Assembly: GCA_045532215.1 (NCBI GenBank)
Contig: JAZSFM010000061.1
Span: 1-61,632, forward strand
Source: Eubacteriales bacterium
GTDB lineage: Bacteria; Bacillota; Clostridia; Oscillospirales; CAG-272
Direction of reading: 5' to 3'
DNA length: 61,632 bases
The notes under the pieces: generated by a model
Databases searched by the model: none
Seen by the model: the letters and a program-made list of their open reading frames with translations, nothing else
What the model was told of the DNA's origin: nothing
Part shown: piece after piece, positions 44,706-52,319 of the stretch
Layout of the letters: each line of letters begins with the position of its first letter
Position numbering within the stretch: position 1 is the stretch's first letter
Program-made: the position numbers and the translations under genes

Positions 44706-44966
44706 TCGCCCCCTACAAATATTGTTTTCCCTTTGCGAATGAACTTTCTTAGTGAGCAGGGTCTTGGTGGCGCCTGCGAACTCGCGGCAGCCAAAGCGAG
44801 GTTTACCTCGCGTCGACTGTCTGTTAGCGTGCTAACAAATCTATTTGGATGATTTTTGTGCAAGAGTTCTTGAAAGGGGTGTGGGGGAAATGTAATATTT
44901 CGCTTGCGAAATATTACCGTAGCAACGGAACGTTGCGATGTTCTTCTGCAAGAAGTTTCCCCCACG
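44706..44966 (+). repeat. Copy 1 of a structured intergenic repeat (core 44742-44848) ending in a GGGGGAA/TTCCCCC hairpin with an expanded loop
   Basis: Colinear with 52114-52319. Differences between the copies fall as compensatory pairs in predicted stems (see findings). Confidence 0.7.
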
Positions 44967-44971
44967 TCTCT

Positions 44972-46357
44972 TTATTTCAATTCTTCATCTATTGCACGTG
45001 CAGCAGTCTTACCCGCGCCCATGGCGAGGATGACGGTTGCGGCACCGGTAACGGCATCGCCGCCGGCATAAACACTGTCGAGAGAGGTCTTGCCGGTCTC
45101 TTCCACCACGACGATACCGCCGCGGCGGCTGATGTCAAGTCCGGGTGTGGTGGACTTGATGAGGGGATTTGGAGATGTACCAATGGACATAATCACACAA
45201 TCGCAATCAATGACAAACTCCGAATTGGGAATTTCTACTGGGGAGCGTCTGCCAGATGCATCGGGCTCGCCAAGCTCCATTTTGATGCAGCGCATACCCG
45301 AAACAAAGCCGTTTTCATCGGGAAGGATCTCGAGTGGATTGTTCAGCAGTCGGAACTGCACGCCTTCTTCTATCGCGTGTTCGACTTCTTCTTTACGAGC
45401 GGGGAGCTCCGCCAGGGAACGGCGGTAAACGATGGAGACTTCTTCTGCTCCAAGACGGAGAGCGCATCTTGCGGCATCCATCGCCACGTTGCCGCCCCCC
45501 ACCACCGCCACGCGACGCGCGCGCAGAATGGGTGTTTGGCTGTCGGGCAGGTATGCCTTCATCAAATTGGTGCGCGTGAGGTATTCGTTTGCGGAATACA
45601 CCCCCTTGAGGTTCTCTCCGGGAATGCCCATAAAACGGGGAAGTCCCGCGCCCGAACCGATGAATACGGCTTCAAAACCTTCTTCGCGCATCAGTTCTTC
45701 AACGGTCACAGTCTTGCCGACAACAGTATTCAAAACAAATTTTACGCCAAGGGATTCCAGTCCTGCAATCTCTTTTGCAACGATGGACTTTGGCAAACGG
45801 AACTCGGGAATTCCATAAACCAACACACCGCCTGCGGTGTGCAGTGCCTCAAAAACGGTGACGTCATATCCGCGCTTGGCAAGCTCACCTGCGCAGGAAA
45901 GTCCCGCAGGGCCTGAACCGATAATTGCCACACGGTGTCCGTTTGGCGCAGGGATTTCGACGGTGGAAGCATCGTTTTGATTGTGCAGGTCGGCAACAAA
46001 GCGTTCCAATCTGCCAATGCCAACCGCCTCGCCCTTGATGCCGCGAATACACTTGCCCTCGCATTGGTTCTCTTGTGGGCAAACGCGACCGCAGATGGCA
46101 GGGAGCGAGCTGGACTCGGTCACAATGCGGTAAGCTTCTTCAAATTCGCCAACCTTAATTTTTTGAATGAATCCGGGAATATCGATGCCAACGGGGCAGC
46201 CTGACACGCAGGCAGGGTTTTTGCAATTCAGACAGCGGTCAGCTTCTAAAATTGCCATTTCTGCGGTGTAACCGAGCGCAACCTCATCAAAGTTGTGCGC
46301 ACGAACCGATGGCTCTTGTGTGGGCATCGGTGTTTTCTTGGGGGACATATTTGCCAT
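44972..46357 (-). CDS. nfnB: NADH-dependent reduced ferredoxin:NADP+ oxidoreductase subunit B (GltD-like, 2x[4Fe-4S] plus FAD)
   Basis: CxxCxxxxC...C clusters, GSGPAGL and VVGGGNVAMD dinucleotide folds. ATG at 46357, one nt after the nfnA stop. Confidence 0.8.
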   Translation of the reverse strand: MANMSPKKTPMPTQEPSVRAHNFDEVALGYTAEMAILEADRCLNCKNPACVSGCPVGIDIPGFIQKIKVGEFEEAYRIVTESSSLPAICGRVCPQENQCEGKCIRGIKGEAVGIGRLERFVADLHNQNDASTVEIPAPNGHRVAIIGSGPAGLSCAGELAKRGYDVTVFEALHTAGGVLVYGIPEFRLPKSIVAKEIAGLESLGVKFVLNTVVGKTVTVEELMREEGFEAVFIGSGAGLPRFMGIPGENLKGVYSANEYLTRTNLMKAYLPDSQTPILRARRVAVVGGGNVAMDAARCALRLGAEEVSIVYRRSLAELPARKEEVEHAIEEGVQFRLLNNPLEILPDENGFVSGMRCIKMELGEPDASGRRSPVEIPNSEFVIDCDCVIMSIGTSPNPLIKSTTPGLDISRRGGIVVVEETGKTSLDSVYAGGDAVTGAATVILAMGAGKTAARAIDEELK

Positions 46358-46358
46358 A

Positions 46359-47201
46359 TCAGTTGCCCTCCTTTTTGAAGAGGTTGCAGGTGTCCTCGTG
46401 CGCCTTCCGCTCAAAGGGACGGTACATAGAGGAGCGTGCGATTGCTTCGTCAAAATCGACAAGGTGTCCGTCAAATTCGGGGCCGTCGACGCAGGCAAAT
46501 TTGACCTCGCCGCCGACTGTGAGGCGACAACCACCGCACATACCCGTGCCGTCAATCATAACGGGGTTCATCGAAACAACGGTGGGGATATTATATTCTT
46601 TTGTGAGTAAGCTGACAAACTTCATCATTGGCAAAGGGCCGATGGCAATCACTTCGTCATAGGTCTCGCCACCTTCAATCAAGGTGCGCAGAGCATCGGT
46701 TACAAGACCTTTTTCTCCCCACGTTCCATCATCGGAGACGGGAACAAACTTGGTGGAGTGTGCTTTGAATTCTTCTTCTAAAATTGCGAGTTCGCGGTTG
46801 CGGAAGCCAACGATTGCGTGCACTTCGGTACCGTTCTCAAACAGCGCTTTTGCTACGGGGTAGGCAATGGCGCATCCCACACCGCCCCCCACAACGGCTA
46901 CTTTTTTCAGATTTTCGATTTTGGTGGCATTGCCGAGAGGGCCTACAAAGTCACAGAGTGAGTCGCCAACCTCAAGACGGTTGAGTTTTTCGGTACCTGC
47001 GCCAACAATTTGAAAAATGATGGTAACACTACCCTCGGTGCGGTCATAGTCTGCAACTGTCAAGGGAATACGCTCACTATCGGTATGGGAGCGGAGAATG
47101 ACAAATTGCCCCGGTGCGGCTTTTTTGGCTACTGCGGGAGCGTGTATTTTCATTCTTGTGACCTGTGCATTCAGGCTTTGCTTTTCTAAAATGCGGTACA
47201 T
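46359..47201 (-). CDS. nfnA: NfnA (PyrK-like FAD/[2Fe-2S] electron-transfer subunit)
   Basis: RIPLTVADYD FAD-binding motif, GGGVGCA, and the C-terminal cluster CGGC...C. Paired with the GltD-like subunit. Confidence 0.8.
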   Translation of the reverse strand: MYRILEKQSLNAQVTRMKIHAPAVAKKAAPGQFVILRSHTDSERIPLTVADYDRTEGSVTIIFQIVGAGTEKLNRLEVGDSLCDFVGPLGNATKIENLKKVAVVGGGVGCAIAYPVAKALFENGTEVHAIVGFRNRELAILEEEFKAHSTKFVPVSDDGTWGEKGLVTDALRTLIEGGETYDEVIAIGPLPMMKFVSLLTKEYNIPTVVSMNPVMIDGTGMCGGCRLTVGGEVKFACVDGPEFDGHLVDFDEAIARSSMYRPFERKAHEDTCNLFKKEGN

Positions 47202-47269
47202 AGGGTTCCTTTCAGTGTCTTTTCGTTTTGACGGAAAAACATTTTTTTCGATGATGTCAAAAAAAGGAC

Positions 47270-47298
47270 TTGTCAAAACGGGTAAAGTGATGTATAAT
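47270..47298 (+). promoter_or_regulatory. Sigma-A-type promoter
   Basis: TTGTCA (47270-47275), 17 nt, TATAAT (47293-47298). The palindrome TTGACA-N6-TGTCAA lies at 47347-47364 in the leader. Confidence 0.6.
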
Positions 47299-47409
47299 AT
47301 AGTCAACACCTATTATACTACTTTGTTTTCAAATTTTCAAGAGGTATTGACACTTTTTTGTCAAAAAGGGTTATCCATTTGAAGGAAAAAGAAAGGCGGC
47401 AGTGACAAT

Positions 47410-48561
47410 ATGGAAACAGAATTTCAAAAAGCGGTTGGAAAAGGTATTGGCGAGGTTATGCGCGATATAGCTGAATTTCTTTCCACGCCCTACATTATCA
47501 ACGAGGAAAGAGAGCTTGATTTGTGCACGTTGGTGCCCGATTTGAATATGCACGAGCAGTTTTCCTTTGCGCTCCTTTCCGAGGCACATACCCAGGGTTG
47601 GGATGCCGAAACTGCCGAGAATTTTTACCGTCACGCTTGCGGCAAGGTCATCGATCCCGAAGTGATTGCGGCAATGCTTGCGGCTTTTCGTGATCGCACA
47701 AGCAAAGAGTACCGCGAATACGTACAAAAATACGGCAACCGCTTCTCTGCTCTTGATGGCTCTTATTGGGCTACCGCTCTTGCACTTGGCATCGATGCGG
47801 GGCAGGTAAGCGAAGTTATGCAGTATTTGCGCCTGTTCACCGTTTGTTTGATGGAGTTTGCCTATATGGAAGATCGTAACCCCGATGCTACCTACACGTG
47901 GTGTTATTACGATTCTTTCCGTCAAATGCTTGATGATTTGACTGCCGAACCCGATCCCGAGCCGCTTCCTCTCAAGGTGCGCTCCTTGGGTGGCAGTGCG
48001 GGCAAGAGAGAGCAGGATAGCTACTATCTCTCGCTTGGTGTTGATATTGAAAACCCCAATTTTGACCGTTTGGCGCGCGGCATTCAGCTTGATATCGTGC
48101 TCAAGGATAAAGAGGGAAACGTCATTACCACCATTGGTGATAAGCTTGAGTCGCTTGACCCGGGTGCCATTTATCACTACGGTGTTACGCGCAAGATTCG
48201 CGGCAATGCGGTTGCAAGCTTTTCAGCAACGGCAAAGGCGGCATCTCACCTCAAACTCCAAACACCTATTATGAAGCACGTTGAACTTTCCGAGCTTCGC
48301 CTGAAGAGAAACGGTGAAGGAATGCATTTTTCGGGCGCTATGACAGGGAAATACGACGTTCCTTTGCGTTCCATGACCTTGCATTACCAGTTTCTCTCCG
48401 CGCAAAACAAAATTCTTGGTGGCGGTAGCGAATGGGTGCTTGACGGACTTGAGCCGAACGGAACGCGTCAGGTAAACTCTAAAATCGCGCTTCCCATCGA
48501 GGGGGCGGCAAAGGTGGTCTATTCTATCGATTTTGATGTTGTGCAACTGCTTGAAGAATAA
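47410..48561 (+). CDS. Hypothetical cytoplasmic protein: helical N-terminal half plus two beta-rich C-terminal repeats
   Basis: 383-aa ORF with coding-like composition, no signal peptide and no recognised motif. Confidence 0.6.
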   Translation: METEFQKAVGKGIGEVMRDIAEFLSTPYIINEERELDLCTLVPDLNMHEQFSFALLSEAHTQGWDAETAENFYRHACGKVIDPEVIAAMLAAFRDRTSKEYREYVQKYGNRFSALDGSYWATALALGIDAGQVSEVMQYLRLFTVCLMEFAYMEDRNPDATYTWCYYDSFRQMLDDLTAEPDPEPLPLKVRSLGGSAGKREQDSYYLSLGVDIENPNFDRLARGIQLDIVLKDKEGNVITTIGDKLESLDPGAIYHYGVTRKIRGNAVASFSATAKAASHLKLQTPIMKHVELSELRLKRNGEGMHFSGAMTGKYDVPLRSMTLHYQFLSAQNKILGGGSEWVLDGLEPNGTRQVNSKIALPIEGAAKVVYSIDFDVVQLLEE

Positions 48562-48602
48562 AAGAAAAAACAGCCAATGCCCAAGCGTTGGCTGTTTGCA
48601 TA

Positions 48603-49259
48603 TTATCGAAAATGCATATCACAATAAACGTATTCCATATGTGCGTCGGGGTAGGTTTCATCGAGATACGCCTCCCATCGGTTGGATGGGGGGAGGGCAT
48701 CGGCTCTTTCTTTCCAACGAAAGATGGCAGATGCCGATATGGCAAGGTTAAACGCCATAAAAATCGAACACGCCACACAAAAAATGTGCCACCGACGTGT
48801 GTGCATGTGATGCAAAAGACGTTTGAGAGTTGGATAGATCAGACCAACAAACACCATTCCGAGAAAGCCCCACAAAATAGCCATCTGACCGCTGACGCGC
48901 CCACCGAGATTGAGCGTGTGCGAGGAATAATCCCAAGAGACAGAGCCAAAGGTGCGCTCTTGAAAAAGACTTGTAAAATACTCCACCGCACCACCCGTGA
49001 GGGCAAATGCCACAAACTGCAACACGAGTGAATGACGGGGCAGAAATTTTGCTACAACGAATATCGCAACCGCACCCACGCCGTAAACGGTGCAAAAGGG
49101 ACCCACAACTGTGGCGGAGTGATCAACCCACTCCCCCGTGAGCACAATGTGCCAAAGTCCCTCTATCAAAAACCCGAGGATGCTGCCAAAAAAGAACACC
49201 CAAAACAAATCTGCAAATCCCAAAAACAAACGTCGCACGAGCGAGTTTTCCTTTTGCAT
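48603..49259 (-). CDS. Polytopic membrane protein, DUF1113/CmpB-like (putative ABC-transporter type IV family)
   Basis: Family call from overall resemblance only (…GSILGFLIEGLWH…, GGAVEYFTS). Start at the ATG behind AAGGAGA. Confidence 0.6.
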   Translation of the reverse strand: MQKENSLVRRLFLGFADLFWVFFFGSILGFLIEGLWHIVLTGEWVDHSATVVGPFCTVYGVGAVAIFVVAKFLPRHSLVLQFVAFALTGGAVEYFTSLFQERTFGSVSWDYSSHTLNLGGRVSGQMAILWGFLGMVFVGLIYPTLKRLLHHMHTRRWHIFCVACSIFMAFNLAISASAIFRWKERADALPPSNRWEAYLDETYPDAHMEYVYCDMHFR

Positions 49260-49352
49260 AATTTCTCTCCTTCGTTTGCTTTTTGAGGATAGTATTGCAC
49301 GATTTTGCACACGTTATGTTTTGATAAAAATTCCGATGAAAGGAGACAGTCA

Positions 49353-50138
49353 ATGAAATATCAGGATATTCTATACACTGCCCATGACGCACACAAGGCG
49401 CGCTTTGACCGTCTCTGCCGTGAAGCGGCATCCGCTCCGCGCACAAGTGGAGACGAAGGCATTGGCACGCTCGGTGAAAAACGCATGCACGCCATTATCA
49501 AACGCTATCTCGCAGAGGATCACGCCCACCACGAGGTCGGTGTGCTGAATACAGGATACGTTTCGGACGTACGCATTGGAAATGATATTTACGAGGTACA
49601 AACGGGCGCGTTTTACCCAATGAAAAAGAAGATCGCGCACTACCTGGAAAACACCGATTGCACCGTTACGGTCGTTCACCCGATTTCGGTGACGAGATGG
49701 GTGACATGGGTGGATGCCAAAACGGGAGAGATTACACCGCGCAAAAAGTCGCCCAAGCGCGAGCGCGCCATTCATCTCTTACCCGAGCTTTACTGCCTGC
49801 TCCCATACCTTGGCAACGAGCGACTTCGTTTTCGCCTTTTGATGCTTGAGGAAGAGGACTTCCGCACACTTTCAGGTCGCAAGGATAACCGCAAGCGTGG
49901 CGCGCGACTCTACGAGCGAATGCCGCTTGCCCTTTTGGGGGAGATCGAATTCTCCTCGCCCAACGATTTTGCGGTCTTTCTTCCTGCCGATCTGCCGTCA
50001 CCGTTCACCGTCAAAGACTTTTCGCAAAAGACGGGTTTGCGAGGCAGAGATGCCTATTCCGCTGTCCACGTGCTCGAAAAACTCGGACTGCTTACCAAAA
50101 CCGAACCCATCGGTAGAGCTATGGCGTTTGAAATTTAA
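49353..50138 (+). CDS. Hypothetical protein with a PD-(D/E)xK-like motif and a C-terminal wHTH-like tail
   Basis: E…H (GEKRMHAIIKRYL) followed by SDV…IYEVQTG (D…ExQ pattern). RBS AAAGGAGA. Fold assignment is inference. Confidence 0.55.
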   Translation: MKYQDILYTAHDAHKARFDRLCREAASAPRTSGDEGIGTLGEKRMHAIIKRYLAEDHAHHEVGVLNTGYVSDVRIGNDIYEVQTGAFYPMKKKIAHYLENTDCTVTVVHPISVTRWVTWVDAKTGEITPRKKSPKRERAIHLLPELYCLLPYLGNERLRFRLLMLEEEDFRTLSGRKDNRKRGARLYERMPLALLGEIEFSSPNDFAVFLPADLPSPFTVKDFSQKTGLRGRDAYSAVHVLEKLGLLTKTEPIGRAMAFEI

Positions 50139-50141
50139 GAA

Positions 50142-50190
50142 GCGTGCGGGGAAACCATTTTCGAAGAAAATTTGTTCCCCCGCGCCCCTT
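50142..50190. repeat. GGGGAAAC / GTTCCCCC palindromic hairpin, related to the hairpins ending the repeats at 44881-44965 and 52274-52306
   Basis: GCGTGCGGGGAAAC...GTTCCCCCGCGCCCCTT shares the GGGG(G)AA(A)C...GTTCCCCC...CGCGCCCCTT architecture with 52272-52320. Confidence 0.55.
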
Positions 50191-50211
50191 CCAAAAAACT
50201 CTCGCACGAGG

Positions 50212-50249
50212 AAATAAGATAGCCCTCGCTCCGTAATAGAACGAGGGCT
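50212..50249 (-). terminator. Intrinsic terminator after the DUF2812 gene
   Basis: Stem AGCCCTCG / CGAGGGCT with a T-rich tail on the minus strand. Confidence 0.7.
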
Positions 50250-50253
50250 AAAC

Positions 50254-50850
50254 TTATTCTTCCGTTTCGGCTTCTTTCTTCAGTTTGCCGACTTGTATTT
50301 GATAAGCAATTACGGGAATTAACGTGAGAACGCCTATACTGCCTAAAATAATCAAAGCAAGGGGTGTCTTAAAGGCAAACAGTATTGCCATAAGTGCAAA
50401 CATTGCAAAGTAGGTAAGCCAAATATTACGCCACTTTTTCATATATCCGATCTTATCGTTTGTTGTGGTATGCAGCTCAAAGGGGTTTCCGTCATTTTCT
50501 TTTTCAACGATAAGCAATTCTTTATTGAATGTCGTAGCGTTGGTAGCTATCTTTCCGCTTCCTTCTGCCCACGGTCTAAAACGCACTTTACCGATGGAAT
50601 AGCTCACATTGATATTTTTGTAGAACACCTTATATCCGCAACCTTCAAGAAATGCTTTATATTCCTGCGAATCCTTTTTCGATTTATCCGCAACAAATTC
50701 AACCGCATACTGATATTGTTTGGGGGTACAGCTCTCAAACTCGTAAAGCATTTTGCCAACTCTCACAAGCCGATAACCTTTTTGAGCCATTTTATTTAAC
50801 CACTTTTCTTGGAAAGTTAAAAAACCGCCAAAATAACGATATTTTTTCAC
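50254..50850 (-). CDS. DUF2812-domain membrane protein (PadR-associated)
   Basis: N-terminus MKKYRYFGGFLTFQEKWLNKMAQKGYRL and two C-terminal TM helices. GTG start behind AGGAGG. Confidence 0.75.
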   Translation of the reverse strand: MKKYRYFGGFLTFQEKWLNKMAQKGYRLVRVGKMLYEFESCTPKQYQYAVEFVADKSKKDSQEYKAFLEGCGYKVFYKNINVSYSIGKVRFRPWAEGSGKIATNATTFNKELLIVEKENDGNPFELHTTTNDKIGYMKKWRNIWLTYFAMFALMAILFAFKTPLALIILGSIGVLTLIPVIAYQIQVGKLKKEAETEE

Positions 50851-50854
50851 TGTG

Positions 50855-51181
50855 TTATCCTCCTATAATTTCATCGGCTATACAAGCCAACCTTTGAATA
50901 CGCTTCAGCTCACGTTCCGCGACGTGCTTACCATTGTCTGTAATAATATATTCCTTTTTTCGTACATCAGAGTCATCGTGAATGGTGATCCACCCTTTTT
51001 TATTTAGACTATCCAATGCGCCATATAAAGAACCGGCACCAATCATTAGTCTGCCTTCTGTCTTTTCCTCAACGAACTGCATTATTGCATAGCCGTGTCG
51101 AGCTTGATATAAGGCAAGCAGAATAAAGAACGTAACCTCTGTCAAAGCTCCACTTTTTACATTATCTCTCAAATTCAACAC
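50855..51181 (-). CDS. PadR-family transcriptional regulator
   Basis: wHTH core FFILLALYQARHGYAIMQFVEE...GSLYGALDSLNKKGWI. No ATG start is available. The GTG at 51181 or the TTG at 51172 (6 nt after GAGGTG) are both possible. Confidence 0.85.
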   Translation of the reverse strand: MLNLRDNVKSGALTEVTFFILLALYQARHGYAIMQFVEEKTEGRLMIGAGSLYGALDSLNKKGWITIHDDSDVRKKEYIITDNGKHVAERELKRIQRLACIADEIIGG

Positions 51182-51184
51182 CTC

Positions 51185-51236
51185 ACTATTACGGTTACTG
51201 TAATAGTATTATATCACTAACCGTAATAGTTGTCAA
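51185..51236 (-). promoter_or_regulatory. Consensus promoter with an embedded 13-bp inverted repeat (candidate PadR operator)
   Basis: Minus strand: TTGACA (51236-51231), 17 nt, TATAAT (51213-51208). ACTATTACGGTTA (51185-51197) and its exact reverse complement (51218-51230) bracket the -10. Confidence 0.75.
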
Positions 51237-51264
51237 GAGGATTTCTGCTTTTTTCATAATCAAA

Positions 51265-51301
51265 GCAATAAATAAACCCTCGTTCCGTAATGGAACGAGG
51301 G
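51265..51301 (-). terminator. Intrinsic terminator after the HTH-membrane gene
   Basis: Stem CCCTCGTTCC / GGAACGAGGG with a T-rich tail on the minus strand. Near-duplicate of the hairpin at 50221-50249. Confidence 0.75.
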
Positions 51302-51309
51302 CATAACTT

Positions 51310-51936
51310 TTAGAACAGACCTTTATTATATTTGAACTGTGCGTATAAGATAAGAGCCAATCCAATCAGAACACCTACACCTATTACCAATCCACTTGCC
51401 GCTATGTTTCCTAACGCTTCTGTAACGGTACCGACAATTATTCCCACGCCGACAATAAGCGTTCCAAGACCGACGAACATACAATATGTCTTTTGATTTT
51501 CTTTCGTGACCTTACGGCGATTGTACCAATGGATCGTGCCGATATTTCCGCACATATTGAAGATACCGAGCATCACGCAAATTACACCTAAGCCTAACTG
51601 AACCAAGCTCTCTCTCAGAGGTTCAATGAATATGAACCCTAATATAAACAGACCGATCGCGCAACCTGCCGCAAAACCGATGATGACCTTTTTCTGCCCA
51701 GCGATGGTTTTGTTCTTCGACACAAGCATTTCTTCGTTGCTTTTGTTTGGAATCAGTTCGTCGATTGTGATGCCGAAGTAATCGGCTAACAGTTTGAGCG
51801 ATTCGTCATTCGGCAATCCCAAGCCGTTCTCCCATTTTGCAACGGCAGAGCGTGAGATGTGTATATCGGCTGCGAGCTTTGCTTGCGAGATGCCTTTTTC
51901 GCTACGCAGTTCTTTTAACTTTTCGGAAAACTCCAT
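51310..51936 (-). CDS. XRE-family HTH domain fused to a four-TM membrane domain
   Basis: N-terminal LKELRSEKGISQAKLAADIHISRSAVAKWENG, followed by hydrophobic helices. Confidence 0.82.
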   Translation of the reverse strand: MEFSEKLKELRSEKGISQAKLAADIHISRSAVAKWENGLGLPNDESLKLLADYFGITIDELIPNKSNEEMLVSKNKTIAGQKKVIIGFAAGCAIGLFILGFIFIEPLRESLVQLGLGVICVMLGIFNMCGNIGTIHWYNRRKVTKENQKTYCMFVGLGTLIVGVGIIVGTVTEALGNIAASGLVIGVGVLIGLALILYAQFKYNKGLF

Positions 51937-52113
51937 AGAAACACCTCCGTTCTTTCTGAACTTATTTTATCATATTTTCGGATAAAAATCTACCCTTTGG
52001 AGTGTTACTTTGATGAGTTACGCTGTTACTTTTGTAAAAAACTTTGATAAAAGGGAAAAGGTGGACGACCTAATGGAATGCTGCAAGCCGCCACGAGATT
52101 GCAAGCAATCTCT

Positions 52114-52319
52114 TCGCCCCTACTTGTTTCTATTCAACTTTCTTAGCGGATAGGGTCTTGGAGGTGCCTAGCCGCTCGCGGTAGCCAAAGCGCGTCCTGT
52201 GGCGCGCGTCGACTGTCTATCCGTAAACTAACAAATCTATCCGGTTATTATTGTTAGGAAGTTTTTAAGGGGGTATGGGGGAACTTTTTTCAAAAAGTTC
52301 CCCCATAAAACCGCGCCCC
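52114..52319 (+). repeat. Copy 2 of the structured intergenic repeat (core 52136-52244) ending in a perfect 16-bp GGGGGAAC hairpin
   Basis: Colinear with 44706-44966. The hairpin TATGGGGGAACTTTTT-TC-AAAAAGTTCCCCCATA lies at 52273-52306. Confidence 0.7.

Noticed and set aside
44881-44965. Cloverleaf-like fold (closing stem plus three hairpins) as a possible tRNA
   Set aside because: Arm lengths are wrong: a 10-bp first arm, and no 7-nt anticodon loop geometry. There is no GTTCRANYC T-loop and no conserved D-loop bases.
44531-45916. ORFs 44531..44965 (-) and 44849..45916 (+)
   Set aside because: The first is a translation of the non-coding repeat region (hairpins, no RBS). The second is antisense to nfnB.
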